From positions 1 to 54,836 of IMG/VR virus record IMGVR_UViG_3300020045_010314: a stretch of 54,836 nt of DNA, one strand, 5' to 3'. The DNA comes from a virus. Taxonomy: Duplodnaviria; Caudoviricetes. Position 1 is the stretch's first letter, and each line of letters begins with the position of its first letter. Positions 29,438 to 36,201 of this stretch are shown here, piece after piece. The position numbers and the translations under genes are program-made. The notes under the pieces are model-generated. The model worked only from the letters and a program-made list of their open reading frames with translations. It did no database searches and was not told where the DNA came from.

Positions 29438-29929
29438 ATGCCAGAACCAACTAAAAAAATAATGGTAAAAGTTGCTAAGAAAGCAAATGTAGAAGCCGAA
29501 GAAGCTAAAAAAGGAATTTACGACAAAGAAACTGTAGCGGATGCTAAAGCAGAAGGTTACGTTCCGAAAGGACTTACTAAAGACTTCATTGCAAAAGTGA
29601 ATGAAACATCTGCTATAAATACTAAAAGAAACTTGGTAGAAGGAGTAGCTAAGAGCGATAGTATTTCAGGTGCTAAAAAAGCAAAGTTCGATGGAAAGGA
29701 TATTGTGGACCAAAGAAGAGCAGGAAATAAAGCCGCAAACGAAACTAGGTTAAAAGGAAGTGTTCCACAAGTAATGAGAGGAAGGACTATGACAAATACA
29801 TCTTCATTAACAGATAAATATGCCCCTGACGGACACGCTCCAAGCGTGGATTACTATGGTAGAACAAATCCTCTTGAAAAAGATATGCCAAAAGTTCCAA
29901 AAGTAATGGTTAAGATTAAAAAGAAATAG
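29438..29929 (+). CDS. Lys-rich hypothetical protein
   Basis: 163 aa; similar KxMVKxxKK motifs at both ends. Confidence 0.7.
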   Translation: MPEPTKKIMVKVAKKANVEAEEAKKGIYDKETVADAKAEGYVPKGLTKDFIAKVNETSAINTKRNLVEGVAKSDSISGAKKAKFDGKDIVDQRRAGNKAANETRLKGSVPQVMRGRTMTNTSSLTDKYAPDGHAPSVDYYGRTNPLEKDMPKVPKVMVKIKKK

Positions 29930-29935
29930 AAAGCA

Positions 29936-30131
29936 AAAAGCGGATAACTTCAAGGCTATCCGCTTATAGATTTGGTTTCTCCAAATGGAAGAATCAACTC
30001 TTGTAATAAAAAAGTAACACTTGTACTTCGCGTTACTTTGTTGTCCTTATTGTTTTGGCTTTCAATTTGACCCAGAGAGGAGTTAGACCGATGCACTTCA
30101 TTAATAGCCGAGAGGTGTTCTAACTACGATT
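29936..30131 (-). ncRNA. Candidate antisense-oriented small RNA (~195 nt)
   Basis: Minus-strand TTTG-N19-TATATTTG (30166-30136), several hairpins, terminator at 29936-29965. Confidence 0.45.
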
Positions 30132-30153
30132 AAGGCAAATATACAAATAAAAT

Positions 30154-30195
30154 AACCGACAACAAACGTTTATAATCATTTATTACATAATTTTG
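30154..30195 (+). promoter_or_regulatory. Late promoter motif copy 5
   Basis: AACCGACAACAAACGTTTA-N15-TAATTTTG. Confidence 0.85.
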
Positions 30196-30221
30196 TCCTA
30201 ATTAAATCAAATCAAATTCAA

Positions 30222-31328
30222 ATGGTAACAGAAACAGAGCAATCGCTGGAGTCCGTTGACGAAAATAAAGTCGAGGACATTAAATATACTTTTTTAGAAA
30301 AGGACGAAGAAGTTGTCGCTCCGGAAGTAGAAGATGTAATCGAACAAGTAATTGAAACGACGCCGGAAGTAATTAAAGAATCGGTAGAGGAAGTTGCAGA
30401 AGTTATTGAAGATGAATATGAAGCCGTAGAGCTTGATGAAAATTTAGCCCTGCAATATTTAGCCGAATCAAAAGGAATGACGGTTGAGGAATTTCAGAAT
30501 TCGTTGACGCCGAAAGAACAAAAAAAATATGCTCCCGAAATTGAAAAGTTCCAGGAGTTTGTAGATAAAACAGGAAACCACAGTTACAAGGATTTTGAAG
30601 CTACCCAAAAAGATTGGAAAGCCGAAAGTCAAGAAGTGGTTTTAAAGGAATTGTTAAAAAAAGAAAATCCAACTCTTGACCAAGAGGATATTGATTTTCT
30701 ATATGAAGACAAGTATGTTTTTGATGACGAAATAGACTCGGACCGAGAAGTCAAATCAAAACAGATTAAAGCAAAAGTAGATTTACAAAATGCTCATAGT
30801 TACCTAGAAAAACAGAAAGAGGCTTATATGGTTGACAGAGGTTCTGACGACTATATCCCTGAAGAATATCGAAACGCTAAAGCAGATTGGGAGAATCTAC
30901 AACAACAGCAAGAAAGTGTTGAATCAGCAAGGAAAAGTAATTACGATGATTATGTTTCCAAAACCGAGGCGTACTTCTCCAAAGATTTTGATGGTATCAA
31001 GATTAAAATGGGGAATGATGAAATAGGTTATGAAGAAGTTTCGATTAAACCCGATAATCTTCAAGAAATAAAAGCATACCAAACTGACATTGCAAATTTC
31101 AACAAAGAGTTCTTTGACGAAAAAACCGGAAAATTAGAAAAGCCTAAAGAGTGGCACGAAGCACTTTATATGGCTAAAAACTATAAAGCAGAATTGAACA
31201 AAGCCTACAATAGAGGAATCGCCAAAAAAGCGGAACTCGACGACAAGCTTTCTAAGAACATTCAACCCGACAACATCAAACAATCGGGAGAATCAAAATC
31301 TGTAGGATGGAGTTTTTCAGTCGATTAA
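30222..31328 (+). CDS. Capsid scaffolding protein (putative)
   Basis: Acidic, helical; lies between portal and capsid. Confidence 0.7.
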   Translation: MVTETEQSLESVDENKVEDIKYTFLEKDEEVVAPEVEDVIEQVIETTPEVIKESVEEVAEVIEDEYEAVELDENLALQYLAESKGMTVEEFQNSLTPKEQKKYAPEIEKFQEFVDKTGNHSYKDFEATQKDWKAESQEVVLKELLKKENPTLDQEDIDFLYEDKYVFDDEIDSDREVKSKQIKAKVDLQNAHSYLEKQKEAYMVDRGSDDYIPEEYRNAKADWENLQQQQESVESARKSNYDDYVSKTEAYFSKDFDGIKIKMGNDEIGYEEVSIKPDNLQEIKAYQTDIANFNKEFFDEKTGKLEKPKEWHEALYMAKNYKAELNKAYNRGIAKKAELDDKLSKNIQPDNIKQSGESKSVGWSFSVD

Positions 31329-31379
31329 TACGCTTCTTGTTTTTACTGAATACAACTAACGTAAAAAACAAAAACGAAA

Positions 31380-32708
31380 ATGTCATTTAACAGCGCACCC
31401 GCAGTAAGGTTTACCCCATCGGTAACTAAAACTCCTACTGCACAGAATTACTTGGATTTGTCTGACATGACATATCTTAAAAATGAACTTCCTGCTTTTA
31501 TTAGCAAAAGTATCTACAACAGATACGGATCACAGGAATTGGACACTTTCATCGAAAGAAAAGGCTTGAAAATGGCTTTGGCATCTGACGTTGCTACTTG
31601 GATGGAAGAAGACCGTTTGACTCAATTGATTACTGGTGCTACTCGTTTAGCCGACGTGTTCACTTCTGCCGGACATACTTTTAGAATAGGCGAAATCTTG
31701 ACAGTATTTGATGCTACAGGAGCTGTATTGAAAAAAGGTAGAATCTCTGCCGTTACTTCTACAACTTTCACTGCTTTATGTGGTACAGGAACTTGGGGAG
31801 CATTAGGAACAACTGCTTTGACTTGCTACACAGGAACAAGTGAGTTCTTAAAAGGTTCAGCAGGAATGCAGGAATCATTAAATACCACTTACCAACAATT
31901 TACTGCACGTCCTACAATCGTGAAAGATATGGTTTCTGAAAACAGAACCAACCTTACACAAGACTCTTGGGTTACTGCAAAAGCTCCTGATGGAACTACC
32001 GGTAATCTTTGGTATGACGTAAATAAAAATGGTTGTGAAGCACGTTTCAGAAATGCTCGTGAAAAATCCCACTTCGATTCTGAAAACTGGTCAGATGATT
32101 TACTAGCTGCCGGTTACAAAGGTCGTGAAGGTTTGCTTGCTAAAATGGGAACAGGTAATGTATATGCAGGTGCTTTATCTACACTTGCCGATGCTAAATC
32201 CATCGTAAACAAATTGGAAAAACAAGGAGCTATTCGTGAAAATACAATTTACGGAACAACTGATTTCTGTTTTGGAATAGATGCTTTCTTAGCTGCTCAA
32301 AATATTAACGGTGATGCTTTTGGTTCATTCGATAATAAAGAGAATATGGAAATGAACCTTTCTTTCAAAGGATTCACTTTGGGAGATTACAAGTTAAACT
32401 ACTCTGGATTGAGATATTTGAACGACCCACTTGGACACGGAGCTAGAGTTGGTGTTACAAAAACAAATGGTTTTATGCTTCCTAACTCTTCTCAAAGTGT
32501 GAAAGATGTATTGACTGGAAAACAATCAATCAAACCTACTCTTCACGTATTGTACAGAGCAAAAGGTGGTTTAAATCGTGACTACGAAATGGTAGTTAGA
32601 GATTGGGCTAACGGAACAAGTGTTAACGATACTGTTACTACTGAATTCCAAAGTGAACAAGCAACGGTTTTAATCGGTGCGAATAACACAATTCTTTTCC
32701 AAGGATAG
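31380..32708 (+). CDS. Major capsid protein
   Basis: 442 aa; highly biased codons; follows scaffold; strong terminator downstream. Confidence 0.85.
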   Translation: MSFNSAPAVRFTPSVTKTPTAQNYLDLSDMTYLKNELPAFISKSIYNRYGSQELDTFIERKGLKMALASDVATWMEEDRLTQLITGATRLADVFTSAGHTFRIGEILTVFDATGAVLKKGRISAVTSTTFTALCGTGTWGALGTTALTCYTGTSEFLKGSAGMQESLNTTYQQFTARPTIVKDMVSENRTNLTQDSWVTAKAPDGTTGNLWYDVNKNGCEARFRNAREKSHFDSENWSDDLLAAGYKGREGLLAKMGTGNVYAGALSTLADAKSIVNKLEKQGAIRENTIYGTTDFCFGIDAFLAAQNINGDAFGSFDNKENMEMNLSFKGFTLGDYKLNYSGLRYLNDPLGHGARVGVTKTNGFMLPNSSQSVKDVLTGKQSIKPTLHVLYRAKGGLNRDYEMVVRDWANGTSVNDTVTTEFQSEQATVLIGANNTILFQG

Positions 32709-32727
32709 TAGAATTTAAAATAAAGCT

Positions 32728-32757
32728 AAAAGCGGGGGGTTGACTCCCGCTTTTTTT
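32728..32757 (+). terminator. Intrinsic terminator after capsid gene
   Basis: GCGGGGG...CTCCCGC-T7. Confidence 0.85.
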
Positions 32758-32786
32758 AATAAAAATCAAATCAAATCAAATTAAAA

Positions 32787-33815
32787 ATGGAACCACAAGT
32801 AAAAGAACATTGGAAAACTAAAGAAGTTAGAGAAGCGAAAGAAGCAGCAGAAAGATTAGCTTCGGGAGAAACTACCACAGAAACTCCTGCACAAGAAGAA
32901 CAAATAACTACAAATCAAAGTGCAGCGACTCCGGTTGTCAATATTGAAAAATTGATTGCAGATGCGGTAGCAAAAGCATTGGCGAATTTACCGCAACAAA
33001 CCAACGCACAGCAAAACTCTCCTGCCCCACAAATGTTTATGCAGCCCGTGGCATACGATATTGACGACGACATCGATGAATTGAAAGATTGGGAGGTAAA
33101 GGATAGAGAGTATCGTTTAATGGACGGGAAACGCCCTATTTCACATTCCATTCAGAGAGCGCATAGTGCCACAAGTGCAATGCAGTATTTCAACAAACGT
33201 ACAGGGAAAACTCATACGATGAGATGGAGTACAAACCAACCGTCATTTTTCGTGGAGAATCAGAGCAAGAACGCCGCCGACATCCTGGATGCAGAAATTG
33301 TTTTTGAATTTGGGACGTTGAAAGTTTACCAAAATAATCCGAACCTTCAAAAGTTCTTGCGCATACACCCATTAAACGGGATATTGTTCAAGGAATATAG
33401 TGCCATGGAGGAATCCCGCAAAAACGTGGTAGACAAGAAAACCAAAGCAAAAGCTTACAGTCTTATTGAAACTATTGGTTCGGCTACAAACAGAGCTATT
33501 TGTGCGTTAATTAACCCTACATACATCGATGATTGGAAATACGACCAAGTAGAAGAAGTAATTTACAATTACGCTGAATCTAACCCGAAAGAGTATATCG
33601 CCTACTGCGACGATCCAACGGTGAAGATAAAAGGAGTCGCTAAAACTGCCCTTGCCAAAGGAGAATTAGTTTGGAAGAACTACAAATTCTACGATAAAGA
33701 TGGAAATCTTATCTTGGAAACAGATAGAAATAAGGATGAGATGGACGAGATTGCGAGTTACTTCCAATCAGGAGCAGGAAGACAGCTTTATGAATACTTG
33801 ATGAATTTAAGCTAA
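32787..33815 (+). CDS. Conserved hypothetical protein of the head module
   Basis: 342 aa; MRWSTNQPSFFVENQ, LQKFLRIHP. Confidence 0.8.
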   Translation: MEPQVKEHWKTKEVREAKEAAERLASGETTTETPAQEEQITTNQSAATPVVNIEKLIADAVAKALANLPQQTNAQQNSPAPQMFMQPVAYDIDDDIDELKDWEVKDREYRLMDGKRPISHSIQRAHSATSAMQYFNKRTGKTHTMRWSTNQPSFFVENQSKNAADILDAEIVFEFGTLKVYQNNPNLQKFLRIHPLNGILFKEYSAMEESRKNVVDKKTKAKAYSLIETIGSATNRAICALINPTYIDDWKYDQVEEVIYNYAESNPKEYIAYCDDPTVKIKGVAKTALAKGELVWKNYKFYDKDGNLILETDRNKDEMDEIASYFQSGAGRQLYEYLMNLS

Positions 33816-33837
33816 AATACGTAAGGCTTGAATGTAG

Positions 33838-33870
33838 AAAACCCCGATTCTTTATTGAGTCGGGGTTTTT
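33838..33870. terminator. Bidirectional terminator (late gene / tRNA operon)
   Basis: A4-CCCCGATTC...GAGTCGGGG-T5. Confidence 0.8.
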
Positions 33871-33877
33871 AGTTTTG

Positions 33878-33958
33878 TACCGAAAATGGGACTCGAACCC
33901 ATAAAACCCTCGCTTCTAAGGCGAGATACTCTGCCATTCGTTTTTATGTCACTTCGGC
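33878..33958 (-). tRNA. tRNA-Leu(UAG), atypical
   Basis: Acceptor GCCGAAG/TTTCGGT, A73; anticodon arm CTCGC-CTTAGAA-GCGAG; short variable loop, enlarged D region. Confidence 0.8.
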
Positions 33959-33963
33959 GGTTG

Positions 33964-34035
33964 CTTTAGTAGAGAGATTCGAACTCCCATTGATAGGTTC
34001 GTAGCCTATAGTTCTATCCGTTAAACTATACTAAA
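33964..34035 (-). tRNA. tRNA-Arg(ACG)
   Basis: TTTAGTA/TACTAAA; ATAGG-CTACGAA-CCTAT; GGGAG-TTCGAAT-CTCTC. Confidence 0.9.
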
Positions 34036-34040
34036 ATTTG

Positions 34041-34114
34041 GGTGATGCACGAGAATCGAACTCGCATCAATAGATTCACAGTCTATCCGCTTAGCCATTT
34101 AGCGTAACGCCACC
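34041..34114 (-). tRNA. tRNA-His(GUG)
   Basis: G-1:C73; ATAGA-CTGTGAA-TCTAT; GCGAG-TTCGATT-CTCGT. Confidence 0.9.
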
Positions 34115-34119
34115 ATTTG

Positions 34120-34191
34120 TTGAAATATTAGGATTCGAACCTAAATAGCGAAATTCAAAGTTTCGTATGCTAACCGTTGCATCATATTTCA
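34120..34191 (-). tRNA. tRNA-Gln(UUG)
   Basis: TGAAATA/TATTTCA; CGAAA-CTTTGAA-TTTCG; TTAGG-TTCGAAT-CCTAA. Confidence 0.92.
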
Positions 34192-34197
34192 GTTTAG

Positions 34198-34271
34198 TAG
34201 AATAGAGTGGATTCGAACCACCTATACACTGACCCAGCCAGTTACCAGTTTCCAATTACTGTATCTACTCT
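34198..34271 (-). tRNA. tRNA-like element with aberrant anticodon arm (TGG in loop)
   Basis: Intact acceptor AGAGTAG/CTATTCT, D arm and T arm; anticodon arm ACTG-GCTGGGT-CAGT lacks U33. Confidence 0.6.
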
Positions 34272-34278
34272 ATATTTG

Positions 34279-34351
34279 TCGCATAGGCAAGACTCGAACT
34301 TGCAATCTCCCGCTTCCAAGGCGGGCGCGTAACCAATTTTGTCACTACGCG
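34279..34351 (-). tRNA. tRNA-Pro(UGG)
   Basis: CGCGTAG/CTATGCG, C1-G72, A73; CCCGC-CTTGGAA-GCGGG; weak D stem. Confidence 0.85.
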
Positions 34352-34355
34352 AAAT

Positions 34356-34388
34356 AAAAAAAGCCTTCTCGGTTTGAGAAGGCTTTTT
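34356..34388 (-). terminator. Attenuator terminator directly upstream of the tRNA operon
   Basis: GCCTTCTC-AAACC-GAGAAGGC-T7, ending 4 nt before tRNA-Pro. Confidence 0.85.
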
Positions 34389-34410
34389 ATGTGTTTATAT
34401 TTTTTAAATA

Positions 34411-34485
34411 TTATCCATACCAAGTACTTCCCAAAAAGAGATTATGTAGCGGAAGGCATTGGATATTTATTTTTAATGTTTTCAT
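34411..34485 (-). CDS. Putative attenuator leader peptide MKTLKINIQCLPLHNLFLGSTWYG
   Basis: ATG 4 nt after TAAGTTTG; CNN codons at positions 9, 11, 12, 13, 14 and 16 only. Confidence 0.7.
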   Translation of the reverse strand: MKTLKINIQCLPLHNLFLGSTWYG

Positions 34486-34489
34486 AGGA

Positions 34490-34539
34490 CAAACTTACAA
34501 CAAATAACAATACGAATTACAAAATATGGAAACTATTTC
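34490..34539 (-). promoter_or_regulatory. tRNA operon promoter with upstream GAAATAGTTTCCA box
   Basis: TAAGTTTG at 34497-34490; box at 34539-34527. Confidence 0.65.
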
Positions 34540-34565
34540 ACTTTGCGTGTGAAATTTCAAAAAAC

Positions 34566-34607
34566 AACCGACAACAAATGTTTGCAAATGAATAATGAAT
34601 ATCTTTG
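34566..34607 (+). promoter_or_regulatory. Late promoter motif copy 6
   Basis: AACCGACAACAAATGTTTG-N15-TATCTTTG. Confidence 0.85.
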
Positions 34608-34627
34608 TTACAGAAAATAATATCAAT

Positions 34628-35347
34628 ATGATTAGTATAAATCGCGTAAGGAATACAGTGTTATTCTTATTAAACAAATCCAACCGCGGAAATATCGGCG
34701 TACAAGAGTTTGACGCTTTTTGTCATCTTGCTCAAATGGACTTATTTGAGAATTTGTTTTACAGATTGAACAAGCATACGAACAACCAAACTAAGAAATA
34801 CGTAAACTCCGAGTATGCCGACATAGTTCAGAACATTCAGGAGCAAATCGATGTTTTTGCTGATTATTCAACCCCCGCTAATTTCACGTATAACACACCA
34901 AATAATGTATGGAGTTATTCAGGAGGAAACTTGTATCGTAGTGAAGGACTGACTTTAATTAACGCGGCAGGAAAGCGCCGTGATGTGCAAGAAGTACATA
35001 AAGGGTATGAGTTGAATATCGCATCGAAAGAAGCCACAAACACCTATCCTATTTACACCAAGATTGGTAATTCGTACAGGATCTACCCTACTCTAACTGC
35101 CGGATATACCACTGAACTATTTTTTATTCGCACTCCCAAAACTCCTAAATGGACTTATGTATTGTCGGGAGGAAATCCTGTTTACAATGCGGGAGCCGGA
35201 GATTTGCAAGACTTTGAACTTTCGGAAGTGATGTTTCCTCTTTTGGTAGCGAAAATATTATCGTATTGCGGAATCTCCATCAAGGAAAATGATGTGGCTG
35301 CCATCGCCGACAATGAAGGAGTACAAACCGAACAAAAACAATCCTAA
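34628..35347 (+). CDS. Head-tail adaptor/ring protein (putative)
   Basis: Start revised to MISINRVRNTV because the track ATG lies inside the promoter; RTPKTPKWTY, DFEL motifs. Confidence 0.65.
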   Translation: MISINRVRNTVLFLLNKSNRGNIGVQEFDAFCHLAQMDLFENLFYRLNKHTNNQTKKYVNSEYADIVQNIQEQIDVFADYSTPANFTYNTPNNVWSYSGGNLYRSEGLTLINAAGKRRDVQEVHKGYELNIASKEATNTYPIYTKIGNSYRIYPTLTAGYTTELFFIRTPKTPKWTYVLSGGNPVYNAGAGDLQDFELSEVMFPLLVAKILSYCGISIKENDVAAIADNEGVQTEQKQS

Positions 35348-35349
35348 TT

Positions 35350-36201
35350 ATGAGTTCAACGAATCCAGAAGTTTACTATAACGACCCCGTAAAAAATTCT
35401 TACATCTATGTGAGTTTGGAAAATATTGTAGACGATTTCATAGATACATACACCGGCAACGGCTCCATAATTGGAAAAGCCAATCGCAGGAAAATTGTTC
35501 GCCACGCAAAGAAAGGAATTCAGCAATTCACTATAAATGCGCTAAGAGAAACCAAAAAAGTAGAATTAGAGTTGGGCGACACGCTTGATATTGTTCTGCC
35601 CCAAGATTACGTCAATTGGATTCGTGTTTCGTATGTTCATCCGGTTACTGGCGATTTGATGTTTTTATCAGTTAATGATGATTTACCGGCGGGAACGGCT
35701 TATTTGCAAGACCACGACGCCGCTATATTGTTTGATGATGAAGGCTTTATCCTTGAAGGAACCACGTATCATAGTTTATTGAAAGATAAGATTACAGAGC
35801 GAAATTTCGTTAGTAGTTTTGATGGAAATTCGGAAGACACAAATTATAAATTAGACACGACTAAAAATATAAACGGGACTTTCAAGCCTATTCCGAGAGA
35901 AGGACGTATGCACTTTAGTTCCGACAATGCCAGCCGAGTAATTATGCTTGAGTATGTTTCGGATGGTTTGGAGTTTTTGGACGAGGCCGACATAAAGGTA
36001 AGCAAACTCGCCGAGGTAGCGATATTAAACTACATCAACTACAATATGATGTTTTCGGATGCAGGGATTCCGATGTATGAAAAAAACGAGGCTAAGAAAA
36101 GATTCCACGCCGAATACACCAATGCAAAAATCAAGATGATGGACATTCGAATTGCAGACACGATGCTTGTTTTGAATGCGAAACGACAATACTTACGATA
36201 G
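35350..36201 (+). CDS. Tail ring/structural protein (putative)
   Basis: 283 aa; LPQDYVNWIRVS, LEYVSDGL. Confidence 0.65.
   Translation: MSSTNPEVYYNDPVKNSYIYVSLENIVDDFIDTYTGNGSIIGKANRRKIVRHAKKGIQQFTINALRETKKVELELGDTLDIVLPQDYVNWIRVSYVHPVTGDLMFLSVNDDLPAGTAYLQDHDAAILFDDEGFILEGTTYHSLLKDKITERNFVSSFDGNSEDTNYKLDTTKNINGTFKPIPREGRMHFSSDNASRVIMLEYVSDGLEFLDEADIKVSKLAEVAILNYINYNMMFSDAGIPMYEKNEAKKRFHAEYTNAKIKMMDIRIADTMLVLNAKRQYLR

Noticed and set aside
29990-30070. tmRNA-like tag in the sRNA candidate
   Set aside because: No tRNA-like ends and no ALAA-type tag ending
33878-33958. Amber suppressor tRNA / recoded genome
   Set aside because: Anticodon is UAG (reads CUA), not CUA; genes are intact in code 11 and TAG terminates ORFs
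34595-34627. ORF-track start at 34595
   Set aside because: Lies within the promoter motif; ATG at 34628 is preferred
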